Source: an uncultured Gammaproteobacteria bacterium
GTDB lineage: Bacteria; Pseudomonadota; Gammaproteobacteria; Steroidobacterales; Rariloculaceae
Direction of reading: 5' to 3'
Length of the DNA stretch: 64,000 nt
NCBI GenBank assembly: GCA_964466315.1
Contig: CAYXNS010000004.1
Span: forward strand, 5,767-69,766
The notes below the pieces were generated by a model, which worked only from the letters and a program-made list of their open reading frames with translations, was not told where the DNA came from and ran no database searches. Both the position numbers and the translations under genes were made by a program. Below, in pieces: positions 37,906 to 46,868 of this stretch. Each line of letters begins with the position of its first letter. Within the stretch, counting starts at the first letter, position 1.

Positions 37906-38144
37906 TCAATATCACCGCGCAGTACTTCGCCGTCTTCCGCGAGCAGGCCGGCCGAGATCTCGAGGAGCTAACAACGTGCGCCACTACGGCGGAGGAGCTG
38001 TACGCCGAGGTATCGGCTAGACACGGCTTCGCCGATTCTCTGACGCATTGTAAGGTCGCGATCAACGACGAACTCGCCGCATGGACCGCTTCGTTGGAAG
38101 AGGGTGACGTCATCCTGTTCTTCCCGCCTGTGGCAGGCGGGTGA
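37902..38144 (+). CDS. moaD: Molybdopterin synthase sulfur-carrier subunit
   Basis: 80 aa ending FFPPVAGG. Overlaps moaC and moaE by 4 nt each. Confidence 0.9.
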   Translation: MINITAQYFAVFREQAGRDLEELTTCATTAEELYAEVSARHGFADSLTHCKVAINDELAAWTASLEEGDVILFFPPVAGG

Positions 38145-38590
38145 GCTTCGAGATCACAGGCGAGCGCCTCGATCCCGAGGCGCTGAAAACTGCGTTAGCC
38201 CGTGATGCTGCCGGGGCCTGTGTCACGTTCGAAGGCTGGGTTCGGGATCACAATGACGGCGAGCCCGTGATCGCATTGGAGTACGAAGCGCATGCGCCGA
38301 TCGCGAGCACGGAGGGCCAACGGATTTTCGTTGAAGTTGCCGCTCGATTCGATGTGCTCGCGGCGCTCGGACGGCATCGGGTAGGCCGTCTCGAGATCGG
38401 GGAGTGCGCAGTGTGGGTAGGCGTGACCGCGGCGCATCGCGACGCGGCATTCAATGCCTGCCGTTACATTATCGACGAGTTGAAACTCCGCGTGCCGATC
38501 TGGAAGAAGGAGCACTATCGAGACGGTCCGTCGGGTTGGGTAAACACCGTAACCGGAAAGGCATCGGCACAGAACGATACCGCATCCTGA
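38141..38590 (+). CDS. moaE: Molybdopterin synthase catalytic subunit
   Basis: GACVTFEGWVRDHN, LEYEAH, VPIWKKEHY. Confidence 0.9.
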   Translation: MSFEITGERLDPEALKTALARDAAGACVTFEGWVRDHNDGEPVIALEYEAHAPIASTEGQRIFVEVAARFDVLAALGRHRVGRLEIGECAVWVGVTAAHRDAAFNACRYIIDELKLRVPIWKKEHYRDGPSGWVNTVTGKASAQNDTAS

Positions 38591-38600
38591 CTGTCCTCGG

Positions 38601-39218
38601 TTAGTCCAGCCTGCGTTCGAAACCTCGCCGATCTGTGGTCGTGTCCACGTCATAGGCCGCCTCCGGGAGATTCACGACCCTCGTTTTCGAGTCGGCGTTT
38701 CGTAGCAAGGATTTGGCACCGACATCCCCCTCCAGATCATCGAGCCGATGCCAGAGGCGGCGGGGCAGAATCGCCGGAACACCAATCTCGCCCGCGTAGC
38801 CGGCGGCTATAGCCCGTCCAGGCTGTCGCTGCCAGGCATCCGCGAGGCGCTGTAACGAGCCCGCACCGACCCATGGTTGGTCGGTCAGCACTACGAGTAC
38901 GCCTTTCGCTTGCGGCGGAACCGCTCTTACGCCCGCTAGCAATGAGGTAGAGATACCGTCTTCCCAACGCGAGTTGTAGACGATTGACAGGTCGTTGAAG
39001 TTTCGCGCCAACAATGCCCGCAGGCGTAACGCATGCGCGCCCAGCACGATCAGCACGCGGCCCGGAGTGACCGACCGGGCCGCGTCTATGGCGCCTAGCA
39101 TCAGCGGCCGTACCGGATCGCGAATGAGTTGTTTCGGATATCCCAGGCGTCGCGAACCGCCAGCCGCCAAGAGAACACTCCAGAGTTCGTTCGACCCATC
39201 GAATACACGAATAGACAT
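38601..39218 (-). CDS. MobA-like NTP transferase, probably molybdenum cofactor cytidylyltransferase (MocA-like)
   Basis: LLAAGGSRRLGYPKQL (nucleotide-binding loop), VLTDQP. Confidence 0.7.
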   Translation of the reverse strand: MSIRVFDGSNELWSVLLAAGGSRRLGYPKQLIRDPVRPLMLGAIDAARSVTPGRVLIVLGAHALRLRALLARNFNDLSIVYNSRWEDGISTSLLAGVRAVPPQAKGVLVVLTDQPWVGAGSLQRLADAWQRQPGRAIAAGYAGEIGVPAILPRRLWHRLDDLEGDVGAKSLLRNADSKTRVVNLPEAAYDVDTTTDRRGFERRLD

Positions 39219-39392
39219 GCGCTAACTATACTGGAAGCTCGTGTTACATAACTGCGCGGCCGATGCCGTTCGGGACCAGAGACTACGCGCTCGCTGATGT
39301 GGGCGTCGCCGAGCGCGCACGAATACGGTAATCTATCCGTCACTGTTCAGAACACGATACGAAAGAACACTAAAGACAGGGTACGGGGATCT

Positions 39393-39869
39393 GTGAACAT
39401 TCGCTTGAGTCTTGCGAAACGCAAGGATGCTCCTGCGATCGCGCACATGGCGCGAACGCTCGTCGAGTATGGACTACCGTGGTCGTGGAACGAGCGGCGG
39501 ATCGCGTTCTGCCTCGCCAATCCCGAATGTGTGGTCATCACCGCCCAGGACAGGCGTAGACTCGCGGGCTTTGCGATCATGGAGTTTCTGGACGATCGTG
39601 CGCATCTGAGCCTCCTGGCCGTACAGCCCGGCTACCAGCGAATGGGGGTTGGGCGGGCAATGCTCGAGTGGCTCTACTCCTCTGCGCGTACCGCCGGTAC
39701 CTTTCTCGTGCATCTCGAAGTACGCGCCGGAAACGCACAGGCCCGGGCGTTCTACAGACACCTGGGATTTCATGAAGCCGGTGCGCGGCGCGGCTATTAC
39801 GACGGTAGAGAAGATGCCGTGCGTATGGCCTGCGATCTCGGCGTGAACGCCGCTTCGCCGGCGCTCTAA
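39393..39869 (+). CDS. rimI: GNAT N-acetyltransferase, RimI-like
   Basis: LLAVQPGYQRMGVGRAMLEWL (acetyl-CoA motif A), FYRHLGFHEAGARRGYY. GTG 39393 is preferred; the track start is 39297. Confidence 0.7.
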   Translation: MNIRLSLAKRKDAPAIAHMARTLVEYGLPWSWNERRIAFCLANPECVVITAQDRRRLAGFAIMEFLDDRAHLSLLAVQPGYQRMGVGRAMLEWLYSSARTAGTFLVHLEVRAGNAQARAFYRHLGFHEAGARRGYYDGREDAVRMACDLGVNAASPAL

Positions 39870-39874
39870 ACGCG

Positions 39875-40399
39875 ATGGCAGACGAAGAAACCAGATCGTT
39901 CGTACCACTCGGTGCGGCTGTACTCACGGTGTCGGATACCCGAACGAAGGAGACCGATGCTTCCGGTGATCTGCTTGTCGAGCGCCTCACTGCGGCGGGA
40001 CATGAGCTTCGTGACCGAGAGATCGTGAAAGATGACGTTGCCGCGATTCGGGCTGCACTGTCCCGATGGATCGCCGTCGCCGACATCGAATTCATCATCT
40101 GTACCGGTGGAACGGGAATAACCGGGCGGGATGGAACGCCTGAAGCAGTCAGTGTCCTTCTGGATAAGGAGATCGACGGATTCGGAGAGATATTCCGGAC
40201 GATATCCTTCGATGAGATCGGGACGTCGAGCCTCCAGTCGCGCTGTCTCGCGGGCGTCGCCAACGGAACCTATATCTTTTGTCTGCCGGGATCGCCGAAC
40301 GCTTGCGCAACCGGGTGGGACAAGATCATTGTGTTGCAGCTCGATTACCGAACCCGTCCGTGCAATCTTGCGGAGCTCATGCCGCGACTCAAAGAGTGA
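39875..40399 (+). CDS. moaB: Molybdenum cofactor biosynthesis protein B
   Basis: AAVLTVSDTRTKETDASGDLL, ICTGGTGITGRD, FCLPGSPNA. Confidence 0.9.
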   Translation: MADEETRSFVPLGAAVLTVSDTRTKETDASGDLLVERLTAAGHELRDREIVKDDVAAIRAALSRWIAVADIEFIICTGGTGITGRDGTPEAVSVLLDKEIDGFGEIFRTISFDEIGTSSLQSRCLAGVANGTYIFCLPGSPNACATGWDKIIVLQLDYRTRPCNLAELMPRLKE

Positions 40400-40439
40400 G
40401 CTTCTTTCCAGCTGAGTCATCGGCTACTATTCAGACTCG

Positions 40440-40540
40440 ATAGAACCGAGGGGTGGTCGGCGACGACCTGAGAGATTGGCATTACGTCAATCAACCCTTT
40501 GAACCTGATCCGGTTAGTACCGGCGAAGGGACAGGAGGCC
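40440..40540 (+). promoter_or_regulatory. TPP (THI-box) riboswitch aptamer
   Basis: GGGGTG-GTCGgcgaCGAC-CTGAGA-GATTGgcattacgtCAATC-AACCC-TTTGAACCTGATCCGGTTAGTACCGGCGAAGGGA. All conserved THI-element blocks are present in the correct order with compensating stems. It ends about 60 nt upstream of the receptor ATG (40598, SD CAGGAG). Confidence 0.92.
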
Positions 40541-40597
40541 GTTTTGGAAGCCCCCTTCGCGGCACGGCCCGGATCTTGTTCACACAGGAGATCCGAA

Positions 40598-42760
40598 ATG
40601 AGAACTACCAGAGCTGTTCCTGAGAGTAGTGCTCGTATCCGGCGTGCTGGTGCGATTGCTCTCGCGGCCGCGAGTTCATTGTCGTCCTCGGTCCTGCTGG
40701 CTCAGGAGGAGGAGCCGAGCGTTCTGGAGGAGATTGTCGTCACGGCGGGTTTTCGTGACGACAGGCTCATGACCACGCCGGCCAGCGTGACGGTGGTTGA
40801 TGAAACCACAATTGAGGATCGCGGCGCGCGGCATCTCGAGGCTGTGCTCAATACGTCGGCGAACATCAATTATTCCAGTGGTGGCTCAAGGGCGCGCTTC
40901 GTGCAAGTGCGCGGGGTCGGTGATCTCGAGCAATTCGTCGATCCAAAGCATTTTCCCTCCGTCGGTATTACCGTGGACGATATCAATCTGGGCGGCACGG
41001 CCAACGCTGGGATGCTGTTCGACACGGCGCAGGTGGAAATCTTGCGTGGTCCTCAAGGAACACGTTTTGGAGGGAGCGCGTTGGCCGGGATGGTCAATAT
41101 TCGCAGCAACCAGCCGACGGACGTGCCCGAAGGTTACATCGAGGCTGGCGCAGGTAGTTACGGAAGCTGGAATATCGGGGGTGTCGTCAGTGGTCCGCTG
41201 TCGGATTCCGTGATGGGCCGGTTGGCGATACAGCAGAACGAGAGCGAGGGATATATCGATAATATATTTCTCGGACGCGACGATACAAACGGGCACGACG
41301 AGACCTCCATTCGTGCGACCTTGAACTTCGACCCCTCCGATAATGCTGCGTACAGTCTTACTGCGTTTCATTTCGACGGAAAAAATGGCTACGACGCCTT
41401 CTCTCTCGATAACTCGCGGGACACGTTGTCCGATCAGCCTGGTCGGGATAACCAGGAAAGTCTCGCGTTCGCCGGACGCGGCGAGTGGAAAGTCGGCGAG
41501 TCGTCGCTTCTGCAGGCCGTCGCGACGTGGTTGGAGAGCGATCTCGAGTACGGTTTCGATGAAGATTGGACATTCGAAGGTATCTGCGACGGAATGCTCT
41601 GCGATCCGGTTTTCGATTTTTTCTCGAATACCGACAACTATTTCCGCGACCGTAACGAGATTTCATTGGATTTTCGGCTACTCGGCGATTCGTCGAATGC
41701 CGACCTTCAGTACGTCATCGGAATCTACGCCCAGCAAAGAGATGAGGACCTGCACCGCCTGTATTACGGTGATTTCTTCAGCTCTTACGAAACGGAGCGA
41801 CAGGCTGTTTATGGGCAAGTCGAGTTCGCACTCAATGAACGACTAGGACTGACAGCCGGTCTTCGCTATGAGAATTTCGCCGATGGCTATTCGGATAGTT
41901 TTGGGTTACAGACAAGCAGCGACGACAGCCTTCAGAGTGGCGAGTTGACGCTAACCTACCAGGCTACTGAGAGCACACTGACGTATGCGACGCTCGCGCG
42001 CGGCGACAAGGCCGGTGGCGTCAATACGGAAGCAAGTTCGAATCTGCCCTTAATGCAGCCCGTCTTCCAGGCGTTCATTCAGCCCAGGCTCCGAGTCGAT
42101 ACCGAGACGTTACTCAACCGGGAAGTCGGCGTTAAAGGCAGCTATCTGGATGACAGACTCGATTTGCGAGCAGCGTTGTTTCATATGGATAGAAGCAACG
42201 CGCAGCTCGAGTCGTGGATATGGGACGGCGTGAATTTTTTGTGGATCGGCTTTCTGGATAACGTCGACGGTATCAATTGGGGCGCGGAGGTGGAGCTGGA
42301 CTATCGGGCGTCCGATCGCGTCAGTTTCTTCGCTTCTCTTGGTTTGCTTGAGACTGAAATCGAGGAGATCACGACATTCGACCTGGATTTGGACGATTTC
42401 GTGACCCGGACTGACATCGATCAAACCAAATCGCCCTCGTGGCAGTACAACCTGGGCGCCAACCTGACGATCAGCGACAAGCTTAGCGCGCGATTCGAGT
42501 TCGAAGGGCGAGACGATAATCGATTTGGTTACTATCATGACGCGAGTGTTGGCGGCTATCGTCTTGTAAACGCGAGTCTCCGCTACCGAACCGGTAATAC
42601 GGAGTTCCTGCTCTGGGGCCGGAACTTGACCGACAAGGACTATCCCGTTCATGGCTTGTACTTCGGTAATGATCCGCGCAAGGGATGGGTAAACGAGACC
42701 TACTACCAATACGGTGAGCCACGCGTATTCGGAGTTACGGCCAGATATTTTCTTGAGTGA
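40598..42760 (+). CDS. TonB-dependent outer-membrane receptor (TPP-riboswitch controlled, presumed thiamine or precursor uptake)
   Basis: Signal peptide ...SSVLLA/QEEE. Plug EEIVVTAGFRDD...TIEDRGARHLEAVL...RGVGD. Beta-barrel ending ...GVTARYFLE (the terminal aromatic residue is penultimate). The track start at 40499 lies inside the riboswitch. Confidence 0.9.
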   Translation: MRTTRAVPESSARIRRAGAIALAAASSLSSSVLLAQEEEPSVLEEIVVTAGFRDDRLMTTPASVTVVDETTIEDRGARHLEAVLNTSANINYSSGGSRARFVQVRGVGDLEQFVDPKHFPSVGITVDDINLGGTANAGMLFDTAQVEILRGPQGTRFGGSALAGMVNIRSNQPTDVPEGYIEAGAGSYGSWNIGGVVSGPLSDSVMGRLAIQQNESEGYIDNIFLGRDDTNGHDETSIRATLNFDPSDNAAYSLTAFHFDGKNGYDAFSLDNSRDTLSDQPGRDNQESLAFAGRGEWKVGESSLLQAVATWLESDLEYGFDEDWTFEGICDGMLCDPVFDFFSNTDNYFRDRNEISLDFRLLGDSSNADLQYVIGIYAQQRDEDLHRLYYGDFFSSYETERQAVYGQVEFALNERLGLTAGLRYENFADGYSDSFGLQTSSDDSLQSGELTLTYQATESTLTYATLARGDKAGGVNTEASSNLPLMQPVFQAFIQPRLRVDTETLLNREVGVKGSYLDDRLDLRAALFHMDRSNAQLESWIWDGVNFLWIGFLDNVDGINWGAEVELDYRASDRVSFFASLGLLETEIEEITTFDLDLDDFVTRTDIDQTKSPSWQYNLGANLTISDKLSARFEFEGRDDNRFGYYHDASVGGYRLVNASLRYRTGNTEFLLWGRNLTDKDYPVHGLYFGNDPRKGWVNETYYQYGEPRVFGVTARYFLE

Positions 42761-42770
42761 GGATAACGAT

Positions 42771-43049
42771 ATGCGAATCACAGCCGAGGTTAGTCTCTAT
42801 CCCTTACAAGATCAGTATCTGGCGAGAATCGAGAACTTCATTCATTCCATTGGTGATGCGTCGGGACTGGAGGTGACGGTCAATCAGATGAGCACTCAGC
42901 TCAGGGGCGAGTTCGAAGACGTGACGCGGGCCGTACAGCAGGCGCTGGCGTCGTCGTTTCAGATTGGTGGTCCCCAGGTGCTAGTCGCGAAATTTCTAAA
43001 CGCCGATCTGCCAATCTTGGAGGCGCCCGATCTCGACGCTCCTGGGTAA
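42771..43049 (+). CDS. MTH1187/YkoF-family thiamine-binding protein (single ACT-like domain, no signal peptide)
   Basis: MRITAEVSLYPLQDQYLARIENFIHSI...MSTQLRGEFEDVTRAVQQAL. GAGGA lies 7 nt upstream of ATG 42771. Confidence 0.75.
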   Translation: MRITAEVSLYPLQDQYLARIENFIHSIGDASGLEVTVNQMSTQLRGEFEDVTRAVQQALASSFQIGGPQVLVAKFLNADLPILEAPDLDAPG

Positions 43050-43071
43050 TCTTGCCGCAGCGGCCCGGGCG

Positions 43072-43644
43072 ATGCCCGCGGCCGAAGTCGTGGCCGTTTT
43101 GCTTGCCGTCGCCTATCTGTTATTGGCAATTCGCCAGAATATTCTGTGCTGGATCGCCGCATTCTGCAGTTCGTTGATTTACCTCTGGATCTTCTTCAAT
43201 GCGCGGCTCTATATGGAGTCCGTCCTGCAGATTTTCTACGCGGCGATGGCTATCTATGGTTGGTATCAGTGGCGATACGGAGGCGCTGAACATCACGGCA
43301 TTCGAATTATCACCTGGAGAATCGCTACTCATGCTGTCGTGATCGGAAGTATTCTTATATCGACCGCAATTTTCGGCTGGGCGTTGAGTGCGACTGAGGC
43401 TGCTTTTCCCTACTTGGATTCATTTACTACCGTGGCTGCGGTCGTAACGACCTATATGGTTGCGCGCAAAGTTCTCGAGAACTGGGGTTATTGGTTCGTG
43501 ATCGATGGGCTCTCTGTCTATCTCTATATTTCTCGAGAGCTTTATTTAACGGCTGGCCTATTCGTTCTTTATCTCGTGTTGATCGTGATCGGATTCCGTT
43601 GCTGGTGGCGAGACTGGCGAGCCGACGCGGCGGTTACGGTGTAG
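43072..43644 (+). CDS. pnuT: PnuC-family transporter (thiamine-type, PnuT)
   Basis: 190 aa, 7 TM. ...RQNILCWIAAFCSSLIYLWIFFNARLYMESVLQIFYAAMAIYGWYQW is the PnuC signature region. It sits in a THI-box-controlled operon. Confidence 0.8.
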   Translation: MPAAEVVAVLLAVAYLLLAIRQNILCWIAAFCSSLIYLWIFFNARLYMESVLQIFYAAMAIYGWYQWRYGGAEHHGIRIITWRIATHAVVIGSILISTAIFGWALSATEAAFPYLDSFTTVAAVVTTYMVARKVLENWGYWFVIDGLSVYLYISRELYLTAGLFVLYLVLIVIGFRCWWRDWRADAAVTV

Positions 43645-43653
43645 GTATCCGTT

Positions 43654-44514
43654 GTGGTCGGCCTCTGTCACATTCATCTGGAGAGCTTATGTTGTTCGCT
43701 GGGCGTCTCTGTTGGCGACGTGGACGTCACCGAACTCAGTGGCGGACTCTACGGGCGTAGTTTTCGGGTCTCGAGCGACCGAGGTGATTGGGTAGCGCGT
43801 CTGCCGCTCGGCGAGCGGGCACACGGCGGTCTCGATCTGTCTGTCGAGCAGCGGCTGCTGGAGCATCTCGGCGAGTCTGGACTGGTTCCAGCTGTTGTAC
43901 GGGGGCATTCGAGCGACGATATCCTGATAACCCATTATCTTCCCGAAGCGAAGACCTGGTCTGCCGCCGATGCGCGCGAGGCCGACAACATTACTCGTCT
44001 GTCCGAGCGGCTTCGCGATCTGCATCGAATCGAGCACGAGCTGCTGCCGTTCTGCGCGACCGAGATCGCAGAGCGCTACCAGCAGCTGGCGGAACGAATA
44101 CGGCGATTGAATGCCGAGCAACGGGAGTGGGGTCGGGAGTTCGTCGCTTTGGCACGCGAGTATGACGCCGGCAGTCATCCGGCTGTGGTCTGTCACAACG
44201 ATCTCGTCGCAGCCAATATCCTCGACGATGGTCGGCTGTGGTTGATCGATTTCGAATACGCCGTACTCGCCGAGCCTATCCTGGACCTCGCGAGTCTGGT
44301 GGGCATGAATGACTTCAGTCCCGATCAGCAAAAGCACCTGGTCGATGCGTATTATCTGGGCGCAGCTCCACCCTTCGGCATGGCGAGATTCGCTGACGTT
44401 GTGCGGCTCGTGAGGTTCGTCAGCTATTTCTGGGTATTGGCGGATCGCCGCACCGATCTCGAGGATACGTCGGCCGATCGGTTTGTTGAGAATATCGCTG
44501 CGATGCTAAGGTAG
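43654..44514 (+). CDS. APH/choline-kinase-fold phosphotransferase, probable thiamine kinase (ThiK-like)
   Basis: Catalytic loop VVCHNDLVAANIL and Mg-binding LIDFEYA. Operon context with pnuT. Confidence 0.65.
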   Translation: MVGLCHIHLESLCCSLGVSVGDVDVTELSGGLYGRSFRVSSDRGDWVARLPLGERAHGGLDLSVEQRLLEHLGESGLVPAVVRGHSSDDILITHYLPEAKTWSAADAREADNITRLSERLRDLHRIEHELLPFCATEIAERYQQLAERIRRLNAEQREWGREFVALAREYDAGSHPAVVCHNDLVAANILDDGRLWLIDFEYAVLAEPILDLASLVGMNDFSPDQQKHLVDAYYLGAAPPFGMARFADVVRLVRFVSYFWVLADRRTDLEDTSADRFVENIAAMLR

Positions 44515-44561
44515 CTCACGATATTTTCAGCAAGGATCGGCCTACCGGCCTGAGTCACCCC

Positions 44562-45443
44562 GTGATAAGAAATGTCGCTTTTCTCGGTCTGGGCGTAATG
44601 GGCTTCCCGATGGCCGGGTGGCTCAGCAAATCCGGCTGCAACGTGACCGTATTCAACCGCACGACCGAAAAAGCCGAACGTTGGTGTCGTGAGTACGAAG
44701 GGGAGCGTACGGCTACGGTGGCAGAAGCCGCCGCCGGTGCCGACGCTGTTTTTATGTGTCTCGGTGACGATCCCGATCTTCGCGAAGTCGTTCTTTCCCC
44801 CGATGGAGTTCTCGAAGCCATGCAGTCGGGCGCCATACTCGTCGATCACACGACGGCGTCCGCGGGTCTCGCACGGGAGATCGCTGCCGCTGGACAGGCC
44901 CGCGGCGTGCAATGCCTCGACGCGCCGGTATCCGGAGGCCAAGCGGGCGCAGAGAAGGGGCAACTCACGGTCATGGTGGGCGGTGACGCCGATGCCTATG
45001 AACGCGCAGAGCCGCTGATCAAGGCGTTTGCGAAGATGATTCGACTGATAGGGCCTGTCGGGAGCGGGCAACTCACGAAGATGGTGAACCAGATCGCGAT
45101 CGCGGGCGTCGTCCAGGGGTTCTCGGAAGCCCTGAATTTTGCGCTGCGAGCGGGGCTCGAGCCCGAGGCGGTTGTCGACGTGATCAGCAAGGGTGCGGCG
45201 CAATCCTGGCAGATGGACAATCGCTGGGAGACCATGTCGAATGGGGAGTTCGAGTTCGGTTTCGCCGTGGAGTGGATGCGTAAAGACTTGCGCATATGCC
45301 TCGAGGAGGCTCGACACAACGGTGCCGAGTTGCCCCTAGCTGCGCTCGTCGATCAGTTCTACGCCGACGTCGTCGGCATGGGCGGCAGACGCTGGGATAC
45401 CTCGAGCCTCGTCGCCCGCCTCAATCGCGTGACAGACGAATAA
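44562..45443 (+). CDS. NAD(P)-dependent oxidoreductase, 3-hydroxyisobutyrate dehydrogenase family
   Basis: VAFLGLGVMGFPMAGWL, ...DAPVSGG, KMVNQ. Confidence 0.9.
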   Translation: MIRNVAFLGLGVMGFPMAGWLSKSGCNVTVFNRTTEKAERWCREYEGERTATVAEAAAGADAVFMCLGDDPDLREVVLSPDGVLEAMQSGAILVDHTTASAGLAREIAAAGQARGVQCLDAPVSGGQAGAEKGQLTVMVGGDADAYERAEPLIKAFAKMIRLIGPVGSGQLTKMVNQIAIAGVVQGFSEALNFALRAGLEPEAVVDVISKGAAQSWQMDNRWETMSNGEFEFGFAVEWMRKDLRICLEEARHNGAELPLAALVDQFYADVVGMGGRRWDTSSLVARLNRVTDE

Positions 45444-45446
45444 TCA

Positions 45447-46322
45447 ATGGAGCCGCTGCTCGCCGATCTGTTGAGTTTGCTCGAACTCGAGCAACTCGAA
45501 GACCGGATTTTCCGCGGCCTAAGCCGCGATATCGGTAGCCCGCGCGTGTTCGGCGGACAAGTGCTCGGCCAGGCGTTGACCGCAGCAAACTACACGGTCG
45601 ACGGCCGTGAGGCGCACTCGCTACACGCTTATTTTCTCCGCGCCGGTGATGTCAACTCGTCTATCGTCTATGACGTCGATCTTGCGCGGGATGGCCGCAG
45701 CTTCAGTAATCGTCGCGTCGTCGCGATTCAACATGGGCGGCCGATCTTCAACATGACGGCGTCCTTCCAGATTCCGGAAGCAGGTTTCGAGCATCAAGCG
45801 ACGATTCCCAACGTGCCGGGTCCGGACGAGTTGCAGGATCTCAGCAACACGCCGGATGACATACTCGAGAAGGTTCCGGAGAAGATGCGGCGCTACCTGA
45901 CCCGGAGGCGCCCGTTCGAGATCCGGCCCGTGGAACCTCTGAGTCTCCTCTCGCTGGAGCCGCAAGAACCCGTACAGCATGTATGGATGCGGACCGTCGA
46001 CCACCTGCCCGATGAGCCCGATCTGCATCGAAATCTGTTGGCGTATCTCTCGGATTTTCAGTTGATAGGCACGGTGACGTTACCGCATGGCATTTATTTT
46101 GAGGAGGGTAGGGTGCAGATGGCGAGCCTGGATCACGCGATGTGGTTTCATCGTCCATTTCGTGCCGACGACTGGCTGCTCTATTCGATGGAAAGTCCTA
46201 ATGCCGCTTCGGCGCGCGGCTTTGCGCTCGGACGCTTCTTCAACACGGACGGTGCGCTCGTCGCCTCCACGGCGCAGGAGGGCCTCGTTCGGATCTGGCC
46301 GCGCGCTCATCGAGCCGGGTAA
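45447..46322 (+). CDS. tesB: Acyl-CoA thioesterase II
   Basis: LLSLLELEQLEDRIFRG...VFGGQVLGQAL, SLHAYFLRAGD, colinear with E. coli TesB. Confidence 0.92.
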   Translation: MEPLLADLLSLLELEQLEDRIFRGLSRDIGSPRVFGGQVLGQALTAANYTVDGREAHSLHAYFLRAGDVNSSIVYDVDLARDGRSFSNRRVVAIQHGRPIFNMTASFQIPEAGFEHQATIPNVPGPDELQDLSNTPDDILEKVPEKMRRYLTRRRPFEIRPVEPLSLLSLEPQEPVQHVWMRTVDHLPDEPDLHRNLLAYLSDFQLIGTVTLPHGIYFEEGRVQMASLDHAMWFHRPFRADDWLLYSMESPNAASARGFALGRFFNTDGALVASTAQEGLVRIWPRAHRAG

Positions 46323-46323
46323 G

Positions 46324-46346
46324 AAAAAGGGACCTGGTCCCTTTTT
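46324..46346. terminator. Bidirectional intrinsic terminator hairpin between convergent tesB and gamma-CA genes
   Basis: AAAAAGGGA-cctgg-TCCCTTTTT. It has a 9-bp stem and 5-nt loop, with A-run and T-run flanks that give a U-tail on either strand. It sits exactly between the two stop codons (46322 and 46347). Confidence 0.85.
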
Positions 46347-46868
46347 TCAGCGCGCCTTGAGTTCTTGGCGGTAGAGTCTGCCGCGTTCGACGTAGTGTGC
46401 CGCGATCCAGTCGATGTGTTCGAGTTCTTCGTCAGTGACCTCGCGGATGCGCCTTGCAGGCGAACCGATGATGCATGAACGGTCGGGAAACTCATTGCGC
46501 TCGGTGATCAGGGCCTGCGCACCGACGATACAACGCGCACCGATGACGGCATCACTGAGGATTGTCGCACCCATGCCTATCAGCGTGCCCGAACCGATGG
46601 TACAGCCGTGCACCGTAGCTGAGTGTCCAACACAAACATCGTCACCGAGCGTGGTTGGCGCACCAGCGTCGACGTGAAACACAGAGCCATCTTGAATATT
46701 GGTCCGGTGTCCGATCGTGATGCTGTCATTATCGCCTCTGAGTACGACATTGAACCAGACGCTCACATCGCGTCCCAGGCTGACTCGACCGATGACGGCA
46801 GAATTAGGCGCCACGAAATATTCATCTCCTACCGTCTGCACGAGATCCTCACCCAAGTCATAAATCAT
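46347..46868 (-). CDS. Gamma-carbonic anhydrase family (hexapeptide-repeat) protein
   Basis: Left-handed beta-helix repeats (VIGRVSLGRDVSVWFNVVLRGD...IGHRTNIQDGSV.H) and a YrdA/PaaY-like C-terminal helix. Confidence 0.9.
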   Translation of the reverse strand: MIYDLGEDLVQTVGDEYFVAPNSAVIGRVSLGRDVSVWFNVVLRGDNDSITIGHRTNIQDGSVFHVDAGAPTTLGDDVCVGHSATVHGCTIGSGTLIGMGATILSDAVIGARCIVGAQALITERNEFPDRSCIIGSPARRIREVTDEELEHIDWIAAHYVERGRLYRQELKAR

